From Vicugna vicugna (lineage: Eukaryota), in NCBI GenBank assembly GCA_013265495.1, contig MU057719.1, positions 558,001 through 622,000 on the forward strand: a DNA stretch of 64,000 nucleotides, given 5' to 3'. The notes beneath the pieces were generated by a model that was not told the origin of the DNA, ran no database searches, and saw only the letters and a program-made list of their open reading frames with translations. Position 1 is the stretch's first letter, and every line of letters begins with the position of its first letter. This document shows, piece after piece, positions 25,160-38,000 of this stretch. Position numbers and translations under genes: made by a program.

Positions 25160-25300
25160 CTGTCCATCTGCCCATCCATTCATCCATTTGTCCACCCATC
25201 TGTCCATCCATCCATCCAACCTACCATCCACCATCCATCCACCGTTCACCCACCCATCTGCCTGTCTGTTCGTCTGCCCATCCACCTACTCACCCATATC
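25160..25300 (+). repeat. Degenerate (CCAT)n array, probably an expanded antisense L2 tail
   Basis: ccatccattcatccatttgtccacccatctgtccatccatccatcc. Confidence 0.85.
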
Positions 25301-25669
25301 CTGAGACGTTCTTTGAGCGTTCTAATTAAAGTCACTCTTTGACTTAAGCCCATCATATAAACTTGGTGAGCTGCGGTTTTTCTCATCTGTGAAATGAGAA
25401 GAGGCAGCTCAGAGCCTGGTTTTGAAGGTCAAATGTGATGCCAGCTCCAGAAGAGCTTGGAAAAGCTGAATGTGGGACATGAAATGTGTCCATTGCCTGG
25501 GATGCCTGAGGCGCTCTGCATGGAGCCCCAGGAACCACGGCCTCTGCCCACCCTGTAGGGAAAGAGAGGGGTGTGGAGGCTGGAGGACATTTGTCACAGA
25601 CCACCCCCCAAAGGTACAGTGGGGTGGGTAACGGAAGTTTCCCCTCTCAGAGTCACGGCTGACTGTGAG

Positions 25670-25900
25670 CTCGAGCACATCCGTGGGTCGTGGGCCTCAG
25701 ATTCCCTGTCTGTAAAATGGGGCCACAATTGCAGCCCTGCCCATCTCGTGGGAGGGAGCCTCCTGGGGCTCTTAGAGCTCTGAGATGGCGCTTAGCTTAT
25801 GGAGGGGCCAAGTGCCCCTGTATCTGGCCCTGTGTCTGTCACGTCCTGGCTACACAGTGCCTGCACTTAGGATAGGGTGCGTGAAACGCTTGTTGAGTGA
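25670..25900 (+). mobile_element. MIR core followed by MIR/L2-type 3' end
   Basis: gcctcagattccctgtctgtaaaatgggg; cacagtgcctgcacttagg...cgcttgttgagtga. Confidence 0.6.
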
Positions 25901-26009
25901 TTAGTTCAGAGAAGCTAAAATCATCTGTGTCCTCTATACTGAAACAGAAGTTTCATGAAATAATATTTAATTTACTTCTTTTCTCTGGTATTATTTGTCT
26001 TGTTGTATC

Positions 26010-26255
26010 TCATCCCTTCCTGTCCCACTCCACCCTACTCCATCCAATCTCATCCCACCCCGTCCCTTCCCCTCCCATCCCATCCCACCCCGTCCCTTCC
26101 CCTCCCATCCCANNNNNNNNNNNNNNNNNNNNNNNNNNNNNNNNNNNNNNNNNNNNNNNNNNNNNNNNNNNNNTCCCATCTCATCCCATTCCGTCCCGTC
26201 CTGTCCCATCCCTTCCCAACCCTTCCCATCGCATCCTTTTTCTTCCCATCCCGTC
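26010..26255 (+). repeat. (CATCC/CGTCC)n pentamer array with a perfect 30-bp higher-order unit, spanning an assembly gap
   Basis: catcccaccccgtcccttcccctcccatcc at 26051-26080 and 26081-26110, then Ns. Confidence 0.9.
26113..26173. other. Assembly gap (61 N)
   Basis: Run of N. Confidence 0.99.
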
Positions 26256-28559
26256 TTACTTGATTAAAAAAAAATGCCATTAGGACCCTTTGTGAGTTAA
26301 TGCCCCACCAGTGGGTCAGCTCCTGCAGTTTGCAAACTCTGCCCAGGAGAGGCAGGGGGTGAGCCCTCACCTGAGTTATAGCCCTTGCTGGGCAGGTGGC
26401 TGTCTGGTCGTGGCTGGGCCTCCCGCAGCCCAGGGACCTGAGCAGAGGAGGGTGGGCCGGGCCAGCAGCCCCGAGCTGCCTCCGCCCGCGGGGGCCAGCC
26501 CTGCACGGCTGCTGTCCAGCTGCTTCCCGCAGGTTTCAGCAGAGGCTCCAGCAAAGGGGCGGCGGCTGCAGAGCTGCCCAGAGGCCTTGGGCTACCCTCC
26601 CTGCCTCCCCAGGAGACCCCCGAACGATGCTGCTTTTTAAAGTCAAGGATTCCCTCGCTCTCTGCCCCTCCACCTCTCCCTCCGCCTCTGGTCTCTGTCT
26701 GCCCTTCCAGCCCTCGTCCTGATCTTTAAATCCTAACAAGCACGTGAGCCTGGAGCTCGAAGCAGGCGCTTCCCGCTTCCTGTGTGTTTTTCGAGTAAGC
26801 GGGGTGGCGAGGCTGCATCTGCTTGCTGCCCTGGTTGTGCAAAACCCCCTTCTGGGAGCTGTTCCGAGCACCTGCTGCCACCGAACCCCGCAGAGGCACA
26901 CGGGAGAGGCAGCCTGCTCCCCGTGGCACAGGCGGGGGGCTGGGGGAGGCCAACTTCCACCCAGGACTGCCTGGGCTCGTCCCACCCCCGCCCAGCAGGC
27001 CCCCGGCTGCAGCCCAGACCTGCTCTGGTCCCCAGCCCCACCCCCGGCACACAGCTCTGCTGGGGGCCCCTGGGGGAGGAGCCCCCGGAATCCGTCTGCA
27101 CAGACCCGTGTCCCAGGGCAGGCTCACGCCAGCAGGGCCGGAAAGGGTGCGCTGCCGATGGCTGCGTCCAGCACGTGAGGGATGAAGTGGAAAGAGGCCA
27201 CCTGTGGCCACCTTGGAGAGCTTTCCCAGGACAAGGAGGGGCTTTGAACGTGAACAAGACAGTCGAGCGTGAGGAGAAGCCGGGCACCCTGTCTTGAGGC
27301 CGAGTCGCCTGGCCTCTGTCGAAGGCTTTGCGGTGGGCCTGGGGGTCTGCCTGCCAGAGCCCCTCCCATGCCTGTGAGGACGCTGGTTGGCCGCTGGCGT
27401 CTCGGCGTCTCCTGAATGCAGACCAGGTGGAGAGCCGCGGGGTCAGCGCAGACCAAGACTGCAATCCAGGGTGCAGACCCCACACCCCAGCCTCCCGGCC
27501 TCTGGGCTGTCACTCTGTTCCTTGCTCCTTCCCCGAGTATTAAAGGAGATGCAACATTAAAGGTCATGGTCGAGGCGGGGGTGGAGCTGAGAGGACAGCG
27601 CAGACAGCCGCGGGTTTGGGGAGCTGGCTGTGCACGTTTCTGCCCCAGCGGGACTGGTCCCTGAAGACGCACACCTTTCTCCCAGTGCTCCCCTGCCCGA
27701 ACCTGCACACACGTTCCTTTGCTTGCCTGGCGCTGAGGCAGCCTGGGCCCCGGCGGGTCTCTGAGCCGTTCGTGTGTGGAGGGAGGAGGGGGCAGGGCGG
27801 GGGAGGAGGGGCAGGTGCAGGTGTTTTCTCTCATTGTCAGGGATGCGTGAGAAGTGGACATAAAAGGTGGGAAAATGTCATCCTTTGACATTTGCGCTGT
27901 CAGCGGGGTGGGCAGGGCCGTGGGCTGGAAGGGTTTTGATCATCACTGGAGAGCGACGTCTCCGGGGAAGCCCAGCTCCTCTGTGTCCTGGGGGTGGGGC
28001 AACCCCCCACCAGAGGCGCCTCGGGGAGGTGCTTCGCCCCCCTGCAGGGAGCCGCACTGCTCCCCAACGTTTCACGGGGGCCACCACCCCTCGTCTGACC
28101 CACACAACTCTCGGGCCCCACGTCTGCTCCCAGCAGCCCCTGCCCTGGGGCTTGGGTCGCCGGAGTCGGGTGGTGCTCAGCCCCAGAGTCTCCATCCCTG
28201 CAGACACCAGCCGGGAGGAGACGTGCAGCCCAGGTGGCGCGACGGACAGGGCGCGTCTGGCAGAGCTGGGGCGGCCATCCCTGTGGAAGGAGCTGCCCCT
28301 GTGTGGCGTGGGAACCCGGAGCGGAGCCCTCCACGAACTGCCAGTGACAGGTTGTGGCCTGGAGTGAAGCAGCGGAGAGCTCAGGGCTGAGGCTGGAGAA
28401 GCTGCTCTGTCCGCTGGGACCAGGGGCGCGGAGACCTGTCTCCTGACCTTGCTCACTCACCTGCAGCAGCCCCTGTCTGTCTTGGGCTCCACCGGTGCGA
28501 AACTCAGCCTTGGCACTGAGTCCAGGTCGGCAAACAGGTCTCGGCCCCGGTGCCAGTGC

Positions 28560-28720
28560 TGCCCAGCGGCTGGTGCCTTGTGCAGACTCTGCGGGTAGGC
28601 TTCCAAGCCCGTGTCTGGCTCGTTGGGGAGGAGTGTGGCAGTTGATTGGTGATGTCTGCCATGGGAGGCACAGGAGATGGTTGGCTCGTGTGCTTTCCAG
28701 TTGCCAAACCCTTCAGCCCC
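28560..28720. mobile_element. Probable ancient MER-class DNA transposon fragment, copy A (family not established)
   Basis: ggcagttgattggtgatgtctgccatggg; the same core recurs at 45367; resembles a recalled hAT-type non-autonomous consensus (...gattgattagcgatgtctgcc...). Confidence 0.5.
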
Positions 28721-29944
28721 AACGTTTCTAGCGTTCTGTCCAATAACTAGAAGGCCATAAAGCAGTATTGCTTTAATTTTTGTCCTTCCTAAATATTTAG
28801 AGCCCTTAAAAGCCAAGAATAATGGCAGAAGTCAAGTTACTCGTTATTTATGAAAGGCCTCTTGGAGCACTCAAGTATGGGCGCCCCGGCTGGGCAGCTG
28901 CACAATAAGCCGATTGAGTCTCGTCTGAGAAAACACAGGAGAACCGTGCCATTCCTCGGATTCGTAGCTTCCGCGAGTCCCGGCCCCTGGAGCAGAGCCC
29001 CCCGGAAGACAGCACACAGCCCTCGGCGTCGTGGCTGAGTCTGCGTCCCGCCAGCTGAGGAAGGGCCCCTCTGCGCTGCTTGGAGTTTTCTGCTCCCCCT
29101 TTGAAAACCTTTCTGTCAGGAGAGCAGCCTGAAAGAAGCCTGGGCCCTGTGTCCTGGGCGGGGGTTTGGGGCAAGTGGCCTGGCCTCAGTTGCCCGTTCC
29201 CCGCACGCGCACACAGTCCTGGCCTTGGAGGGGTGTGAGGCTTCGCCGGGACGGTGCGCGTCCAAGGCCTGTCGGGCTCAGTTCCTGGGACACTCGGTGC
29301 CCAGAAGAGTGTGGCGGCGAACTTAGCAAGTGGTCATTGTGGGCCACGTTCGTGTTCCTTGTCCTCGGACACGCACGCGCACACACACAAAGATGATCTC
29401 CTGCACGCACAGCGGACTCTCAAAGTCCAGGCTGGCACCTGTCTCCGTGGTGGGTGGGATCTGGCCCGGCGGGCGCCCTGTCCCTCCCGGAGTGAGTCTC
29501 ATTCAGCCTCCCGCACGCGCATGCGTGTGGTGCTCCAGGATCCATCGCCGCCCTCGCCTCCTCCCGGGTCCCAGCAGCCGTCCGTGGAGCCTCCCCCTGC
29601 GTGCCGCCTGTCCTTTTGAAGATCTGTGGGTGGCTGCGTTGAGGCTTCTGAGGCTGGGAGACGGACAGGTCCTGTGTGACTGGGGGAGGCTGGACACGGG
29701 GTGGGACTGGGCTGGGGCAGGGGCAGGGGCAGCAGAAGTGGGACAGGCCGCTGCTCCTCCCTGAGCCCCCCAAGGCTGTCAGTCCGGGGAGGGCCTGCTG
29801 GGATCCGTCATGCAGCCTGAACGTGGGGTTTTCTGTTTTCCTTCTATAGCCTGACCCCCCCCCAGGGAGCCAAACTTCTGATTAAATGGTCACCCATAGA
29901 GAGGAGGGCCTGGAAGAGCAGGGAGCCCTGCACTCAGATGCTTG

Positions 29945-30070
29945 CGTCTACACTGTGCACGAGCTGCTGTGTGATGTGGGGCAAGTCACTTGGCCTCTCT
30001 AGGCCTCTGTTTCCCCATCTCTGAAATGGACGCGCACCTGCCGTGAACAGAGGTGGTCATTAATCATACG
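29945..30070 (+). mobile_element. MIR
   Basis: gctgtgtgatgtggggcaagtcacttggcctctctaggcctctgtttccccatctctgaaatgg. Confidence 0.85.
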
Positions 30071-30506
30071 GTAACTTCCAGAGCAGCAGCCTGGGATGGA
30101 CGCTTCGCGGTGTGATGTCTGCTGACATGCTCGTGGCCCTGGGGGGGGGCAGACCCTTTCCTGGATGAGAACAAGGCTCGGCAGGAGCTTAACAGCAGGT
30201 GCAGGGGGCTGGCAGAAGGGGGCGTGAGCCCCGCCTGCTCCCCTCCGGGGCCCTGCACCGGGAGTGCCGCAGCCCTCAGCAAGTAGTAGGGCGCCACGAC
30301 GACACGGCCACAATGACACGTTCCTCACAACAAGCACAAAACTGGTGTCTAGCCTGAAGCATCTTACACTGTGGGTTGTTTTTAACCCGAGATGAAAAGA
30401 GTTCTGTGAACTGTTTTCCGACGTCTACGAAACGCTGCGTTACGGTTTTATGATGACTTTCGGGCTTCTTGCGATATTACAGCAGCATCTTTTCTTCTCC
30501 CCCCAG

Positions 30507-30565
30507 GTCATCTCCGCGGTGTCCAGACTCTCACTTCACAACTTGGCCCAGAACAAAGGCATCAG
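30507..30565 (+). CDS. VAV2: VAV2 coding exon (human exon 3 equivalent), C-terminal part of CH domain: [19 protein letters not shown](R)
   Basis: Acceptor ttttcttctccccccag, 59 nt, donor AG|gtgagc. Translation matches recalled human [20 protein letters not shown]; phase 0 start, phase 2 end. Confidence 0.97.
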
Positions 30566-32116
30566 GTGAGCTTTGCGGAGCGCGCTGCCGCGCCGGCCCT
30601 CCAGGCACCCCCGGTCACAGTGGGGCTTGGCGCAGAGACGCTGCCTGTGTCTCAGTCCTGAGAGTAATGGGTGTCTGTCCAGTGGCCTGCTGGCGGCGGC
30701 TGGAAGGGGCGGGGGGGCCAGAGGCTCGCGTTCACACCAGGGAGAGCTCGCGAGCGTGTTACTGAGGCTGCAGGACCTCCTTCCGTTTAGGTAATGAGAT
30801 CGGCCAGTGCGTCCTTTCACAGATCGTTGCGACCTGAACGCACTCTCCGTGCTCAGAGCCGGGCTTGGCCTCCAAGGAAGGGGCCGAGTTTGTCTGTGCC
30901 GATGGGCGGGGCCGGGGGCCGCCTGCTTGGGGCTGCAGGCCCCCGACAGGACTCTCCCCGCTCTCCGTTTCAGTCCCGCTTGGATTTTCTAGCGAAGTTC
31001 AGCCTCAGAGAGTCCCGCGGCCCCCGGGTGTCTGCCCTCTCGTCCCTGACAGTCCCGGGGTGGGGGGCGGGCAGCCCCCGCCGTGGACCAGCCGTTGTGG
31101 ACTCTGACCCGCAGAGCTGGGGTCCGGGAGACCAGGTTCCAGATGGGGTGGGGGCAAGCACAGGACCCGCCCGTCCTGACGTCTCTGGGGAACGTGGGTC
31201 AGCAGGGTGGGGCTGAGAGGCCCAGGAGGGCGGAAGGGACTCCTCCTGGGGGTGGGTGGGTGCGGGCGCCCTTGCGAGGTTGGTGGAACTGCGGAGGGGG
31301 CTTCGCTCTGCTGCTGTCCTGCGGGGCGCGGCCCGGAGACAGGCTCCCGCTGCCCCGTGGCGCAACGCGATTGAACAGTCTCCTCGTCCACGGTTCAGGC
31401 GAGGTTTCCACAGGCGATTTAACATCCTGGGTGCCACCGTCGCTGACACAAAACACTCCTGGGCCCTCCGTGTGCGGGCGTCCTGCAGTGTTGTCAGTCC
31501 GCAAAAAGGGGCTGCTTCGGCTGCTCTTCTGTTTTGGAAGCCCACAGACGAAGCCGCAGCCCTGAAGAATCCCCTCCTCGTTTCTTCTCCAGCTGGATGG
31601 GAGCCCAACGTGCTCCTTTAAAAAGTGACCGTTTTCACAACCCTTGCTCTGTGCATAACGAGCTGACTTTCCACAAAAGCCCCGGGTACACTGCTCAGAG
31701 GCTGAGGAACGGGGGACTTAACCTAAGAGCCCCAGCCTGGTGCCGGCGGTGGGGGCGGGGCGGGCGGCGGTCAGCGCGGTTCCTGCCGGGCCGTCCAGCC
31801 CAGTGTGTGCGGATGCGAGTCCTTGTCACAGCCGTAACCGGCCACCCAGACTGAGGGGTGTCCTGTTGGGGGTCATCACAGCCTAGGAAGGAAGAGATGG
31901 CAAAGGGCAAGACCCTCTCTGTGACAAGCTGAAAGGTGAGGCCAAGGTGCCCCCAGCCCATGGCGGTCTCGGCAGGATGCTCTTGGCACCTCTGTCTCTT
32001 CTCCTCCAGGCTGGGGAGGCTCCCCGGGCCACTCAAGGCTGCTGTGAGCCTGCGCACCATGCAACGTGATAGTGCAGGACCCCACACTCTGTAAATGTCC
32101 ACGGGCAGCTGGCTGG

Positions 32117-32490
32117 GTGGTGGGCTGAAAGGTGGACCCCCCCAAAAAGATATGTCCACCTCCTAACTTCTGGACCCTGTGACAGGGCGAAGGTTCTCTG
32201 TGGATAAAGGTTTTATAGATGTGATTACATCTGTAATTTTAAGTCTGAGGAAGATGAGCTGACAGAGCTGAGGTCGGAGTGATGTGGCCACAAGCCGAGG
32301 AATGCGGGTCGTCTTAGATGTGGAAGGCAAGGGACAGACCCTCCCCGGGGCCGCTGGAAGGCACCCGCCTTGGAGTCCACAAGACGCATTTCAGACTCCG
32401 ACCTGGGGCAAAGGGGAGAACCGAACGCTGACCTTGGCGGCACTAAGGTTGTGTCCTGTCCACACTGGCCCCCAGGAGGCGCTCCTGGGC
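32117..32490 (+). mobile_element. MaLR LTR, MLT1D-like
   Basis: tggtgggctgaaaggtggacccccccaaaaagatatgtccacctcctaac; gatgtgattac; ggccacaagccgaggaatgc; ggaaggcaagggacagaccctccc. Confidence 0.8.
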
Positions 32491-33159
32491 AGCACTGTGG
32501 AGCCTTTGAAACTGCTCTACGGTCCAGGGCCCAGAGCATCCTTCCCCTACACCGGAGTGGTTACCCCCTGCAGCTGAGCCTGGGCACCATCTATGAGTGG
32601 GGCTGTCAGAAGGCCTGAGGGAAGAAGCGGGCTCCGTGCCTGACAGGCGGTGGCCGGTAGACTTTGACTGAGCCCGTCTATACCACAGACACCAGGAAGG
32701 CCACGTCCTCTCAATCCGTCACCCGCCCCTGAACAGAATTTCGAAGAAACGCTGTGGGCGCGTCTCTCTGCTGCTTCCACTGCGGGCACGAGGGCCAGAA
32801 AGAGACACATTTGTTTAAAAATATCTTAACTGGCCAGTTCGTGCCGGGCAGCGGGGAGCTAGCTCTTGCTGGAGACGGCCAGGAGAGGCCGGAGGCCCGC
32901 CGGGCCGGGGCTGAGCGGCCGGCTGGGGCTCCCACGGCGGGCAGGGGGCATTCACTAGACAAAACACAGCTGGGTTTCTGTCTTTGCTCCACACCTGGAC
33001 CTTCGGTGGCCTTGTCGGCTGGACTGGACTGTGCTGTCAGTTTGCCCACAGAGAACAGGCGTCCAGCTGAGCTCGGCTGAGCTAATGGGGTTTTGTTATT
33101 GTCCCCTCCACACTTGCTCCGTTCCATCTACACAGCCCCCCTCACCTGCCCGCATGTCC

Positions 33160-33330
33160 TTTTGTCCATCCAGCCATCCAGCTGTGTGTCTGGCCATCCA
33201 TCCGTCCACCCGTCTGTCCGTCCACCCAGCATCTTTCCACGTGTCCATCCCCCTCCCCCACCTGTGCTCCACCCATCTGTCCTGCGGCCTTTCCATCCGT
33301 GCCCTGTCCTGCCGTCCCCCCTCCCTCTGT
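33160..33330 (+). repeat. Degenerate (CCAT/CCGT)n array
   Basis: ccatccagccatccagc...ccatccatccgtccacccgtctgtccgtcc. Confidence 0.8.
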
Positions 33331-33979
33331 CCTCTTCCACGTGAATGTCGGTTGGTGGGTCTCCACACGGTGCTGCTGTGAGTGGTCCAGGTCACGGCCT
33401 CCATGGCCTGGCAGAGATCAGTGGGCCCGTCTGCTCCCCGGCGCGGAGTCTGCCCTCGGCAGCGTGTTGCGGGGGCAGGCGTGCACCTGGCAGTGACCTG
33501 GCGGGCTTGGGGGGCGGGTGGGATGCCGGGTCCGGCCCCCCCGGGCTCCACGGCCCCCCTGGTACAGCGGGGCCACAGTTGTGGCTCCTTCCTGGTGGCT
33601 GTCAGGATTCAGAAGGTGGCGTCCTCACCGTTGTCAGCACAGCGCTGCCCTCAGTGGGTCCAGCACTGAGGGATGGGAGACGAGGAGCTGCCTCTCTGGG
33701 TCTCAGCGTCCTCGTCTGCGTGGGGGGGGGTTCTGCCCGCACCCGCCTGGAGGCTGTGAGGGCGGAGGCAGGCTGTGTGTGTTTCCCGATTCTGATTCCG
33801 CAGTGCAGGGAGTGTCTGGCGGCGCCCCAGCCACGTGCGGTGCTCACAGAGCTGTTGGGGGCTGTGTGCGTCCGGGGCACCTGTCTGCTCCAGTTTACAG
33901 CTCACGAGGGCCACACCAGCTCCCCAGGACTCCTCCGGTGGCTCCGGGGACCCAAGTTCGGAATCCTGGTGGGAGAGAT

Positions 33980-34007
33980 GCCATGTGCCATGTGCCATGT
34001 GCCATGT
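33980..34007 (+). repeat. (GCCATGT)4 tandem repeat
   Basis: Four perfect 7-mers. Confidence 0.9.
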
Positions 34008-34644
34008 GGGCTGGTCCATCCTCCCTGACAGGTGTCCCTGTGCAAAGACAAGAGGATCAGCTAGCTGTTGCTTGAATAAGTTCCTGGAGCGTGAGCTGCC
34101 TCCTGGTCGAAAACACTGGGGGGTTGAGACCTGGCCCGGGGTGCTGAGAACCCAGCCTTTCAGACCTTTGTGCGCTCCCACACCCCCCCCAACTTTACCC
34201 ATGAGGAAACTGGGGCCTGAACCAGTGGTGCCTGGGCCCAGGAGTTGTCAGTTCATTCACTCATTCATTCATTCTGTGCATGCCTGGTGATGCTCGCCCC
34301 CGGGCCAGGCGGGAACTGGCCACTGTCAGGGGGGGAGATGGACACTGGACCCCGGTCGCTGGCAGGTGAGTGCAGGGCAGGGTGCGGGGACAGGAGGGGA
34401 GCACGGAGGCGCAGGGTTAAGGGCTGGCCTGAGGCACTCGGGTCTGGGCTGCCGGCGTGCTTTTCAGCATGCTTCTTCGCCCTGAGCCTGTATCCTGGTC
34501 TCTGAAGGGGAGGCTCCCTTGGCCATGGTCAGCGCCTGTGGTCAGAGCCCAGGGCCAGTGCAGAGCAGCTGGAGCATGGTTCTCAAAGCGAGGTCTGAGG
34601 ACACTGCCTGCCATGGAGCCTCAGGTGAACCCATGGCTGGGGGG

Positions 34645-35042
34645 TGTAGCCGGTGAGCAGTGACCCCAAAAAGATGTGCCCCGAACTTGTGAATATGAGC
34701 TTTTTGGCAAAAAGTCTTTGCAGATGTGATTAAACTAAAGATCTTGCCCCGTCAGCCTTAAATCCAATGGCCAGTGTCCTTCCTTGTAAGAGACACACAG
34801 AGAGGGGACCCAGGGACAGAGGAGGGACATGGAGGCAGGGCAGAGGCTGGAGCGAGGCTGCCAAGCCCAGGACCGTCTGGGGCCACCGGGAGCTGGGAGA
34901 GGCCGGAGGGCTTCTCCCCTCCAGCCCCCTGTGGCCCTGCCCGCACCTCGATTTAGGAGTTCTGGCCTCCAGCACTGAGAGAATGAATTTTGGTTGTTTC
35001 AAGCCCTGAGTTTTGCTGGGCAGCAGGCTCTGGGAGAGACCA
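34645..35042 (+). mobile_element. MaLR LTR, MLT1C-like
   Basis: ccccaaaaagatg; tctttgcagatgtgattaaactaaagatc; ccttaaatccaatggccagtgtccttccttgtaagagacac; ttctggcctccagcactgagagaatgaattttggttgtttcaagcc. Confidence 0.88.
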
Positions 35043-38000
35043 GGCGGGGGTCCTTCAGCCTCTAGCCCCTGCCGGCCTGGGACCTAAATACCCAGAAGGC
35101 AGCCAGCAGCTGGCAGGGAGGGTTGGGGTTCGGAGACCCCCTCCAGAGAGCAGGGGTGGGAGAGTGGGCTTCCAAGGATGGTGGTGTCCTCGTTGGCGGG
35201 CGCCCTGTCCCCACGACATTCAGTGATAGAGGTGCTGAGTGTACACATGCACGGGAGCCACGGCCCCCTCCAGGCCGGCCCTGCCCCCAGGGAGCAGGAC
35301 GGCTTCACTCTGTAACAAGCAAAGCAATCAAAGGCTGCCTCTTCAGCAAATACCACATCAAACATTTATCGGGCAGCTGTGTCATATTACCGGCTCGTTT
35401 TCAGAGACCGAGGAGGAGGTCTTGTCATGTTTTGCAGTGGGATTTATACATACGTGGAGGGATGTGAGCTCATCAAGAAAGCTCTGCAACAGAAGGTGAC
35501 GTCCCGTGCGGCCAGAGGTGTGGGGGGTGTGGCCGCGAGGCTGGTCGCTAGCCGGGCCCCAGCCCAGCCCTGGGGCCAGGTCAGCCGTGCTCTCTGCAGC
35601 CCTGAGCTCTGCCGCACTGTGGCCGGTGGGGAGGGACCGGCCCAAGGCTCAGCCTGGAAAGAGGCTGCCCAGCTGGTGAATCAGAAACTCCGCGAGATTT
35701 GGTGTCGTCTGCTAAGGCTCTCAGGTGCCTTGGGTCCATCCAGCTACGAAGTGTGAAGACGGTGCTTGGACAAGCCTGAGACTTGCTCATCTCATGGTCG
35801 GAAGAGGGTCTTTGCTAGTAAAGGGACAGTCCCCCCCGTGTCACTTGGGTCGCCCGTCTCTCCATGGTTCTCTGTCGCGTCCCTCCTCAACACCCATGCT
35901 TGTTGTCGGGGTGGACCGGGCACCTCGGTGCCAAACAGTAGCCCGTCTCTTTTTATTTATTCATTTATTTAGTTTTTTAATTCTTTTTAAATCTCAGGAA
36001 CCCGCCTTCTAGCTCATGGGGCACCAATCCCCAGTCCTGTCCCCGGTCCTGCCCCCGGCGGCCCTGCCAGGAAGTGATCACTGTCCTGAATCTTCGGTCT
36101 TCCGCCTCTTTACTCTTGTAAAGTTATGTCACACGGTGACTGACTTACCTTTCGCGTGTAGCTCTGCTTAGTCCCCGACGCCCAGACCTGTAGCGCAGAG
36201 TCACGGGCATAAGCGGCCCCTGGCAGTAGCTGGGTTCACTGCTGTCACGTGACCAGTCGGGCGTGAGGTTGAGGGCTGTGTCCTGTGTGGCTCCGTCGGC
36301 CTTTCTAGAGCTGCCTTTCCTCCCGCGTCCCCCCACCTCCATCACAGCAGCAGCGACAGGCGTGAGGCCACGTCTGTCCCACGGAGGGGCTCACCAGTGC
36401 TCACCTGGACCCTGGGAATCAGGGTTTCAGCCCCACTTTGCAGAGGAGGTGGAGGCCCCGGAAGGCACCTCTCGCCCAGGGTGGCCCAGGTGGTGGGGGT
36501 GGAACCTGGATTCCATCCTCCCATCTCCCAGCGGGAGTCCGAGGTCCTGGGGCCTGGGTCCAGCACTGATGGGCACAGATCTGCCGCCCCTGGTGTCTCT
36601 GGGCCCCTTCTAGCCTCAGTCCCTGGCAGAGCTGACCCTGGGGGCGGCCGAGGCTCTGTTTTCTCAGTGGGGTCACTGGTGGGGGTACTGAGGCAGGCCC
36701 TTCCCCGCCCAGCGCTGAAGGTCCCGGCCCTCCACGATGCAGGGCCACTCATGGCGGAGGCGCTGTTCTGGCCTTGGCCCCATCTCCGGCGGGCTTGGTG
36801 GCTTCGGGAGGCTGGGTGCTCGGCCCTCCAGCACCCACGGGCCCTGCGTCTCTCTCCAGCTTGGGACTCTGCCCAGCAGCCCGGGAGCGGGGTTGGGATG
36901 GAATGAATGTCCCGTCCCCAGGAGGGCAGCAGCGAGACACCAGTGGTTCTGATTAAAGTGGAGGCCTGGAGTGCAGCCCTGAGGCTTGGCTGGGCCCTCG
37001 GCCCTAAAGACTCCAAGGTGAGCAATCGCAGGGCTGGACAGCTGGCCGGTACCCATCCCTCCCTGCTGAGGGCCGCCTCCAGACCTGGGGCTGGTGCCAT
37101 CCAGAAGCACTGCGGCCCAGTTCTCTGCTCCAAACTGGCCAAGCCAGGTGCCCCAGGGCACAGTCTGGGGCGGCAGCTCTGTCCCTGTCCTCACACGAGC
37201 CCGGAGCCACCCGGTGCTGGAACCTTGGCACTCAGCTGTCCCCTCGTGTCCTGGACCGTCTCCAGTCACGTGCACCTACTGCGTGCTGCCTTCTCGGGGC
37301 CCGGGCTCTAGGGGGACGAGCCTGGTGGGGGAACGGCAGAGGGATGGGACGGAGGTGCTCAGATGCAGTGGTCAGGGCACCTCCCAGACGAGGCAGCGTT
37401 CGATCTGGCTCTGTCCTCCGAAGAGTGAGCAGAGCCGTGTGGACAGATCTGGGCAGTGGAGGCTCAGGGAGGGGTCGTGCTTGGTGTCCCTGTGGGATAG
37501 AGGGGGCCTTGTAGGGGGACAGGAGCACGTGGGAGGGCGCGGGAGGGAGACCGTGCTGGGAGTGGTGGGCAGGATGGGGGCGGGGTCTCTGGTCTGAGTG
37601 TGTGGGGAAGCCCTGGTGGGAGGGGGCTTCTTCAAGGCAGTGTCCTTGGAGATTCTGTCCAGAAACGTCCCCACAGGGCCTCCAGGGTGGAGCCCAGGAC
37701 CAGTGAGGTGGATGTGCAGCCAGGACGGATGGAGGCTCGGAGGAGGGGTTGTGATGGGAGAGGAGCGGGGGCCTGACAGGCCACGGGCGGTGCTGGCGGT
37801 GCAGGGAGTGACACCCCAGGCCCTTCGGCTGGTCTGTCCCACGGGGTGGCCAGGGGCTGCAGCCCAAGATGCTGCGGACACCTGGGCAGGGATGAGGGGC
37901 GCGGGCTCCTTCCCCCCCGGCTTCCTCCCCGCTGTGGCCCTCCTGGGGGTGGTCCTGGCTCCAGGTCTGGCCCTGCCACTTCCTGGCTCGTCTCCTCGGT

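Larger units (their letters stand above)
1..30506 (+). other. VAV2: VAV2 intron 2, 3' portion (exon 2 upstream of the window)
   Basis: No sequence encoding exon 2 (FLCLKNIRTFLKVCHDKFG...) seen; ends at the exon 3 acceptor. Confidence 0.85.

Noticed and set aside
30445-30506. C/D-box snoRNA (ATGATGA upstream of exon 3)
   Set aside because: No CTGA D box or terminal stem before the acceptor, and it is too close to the exon.
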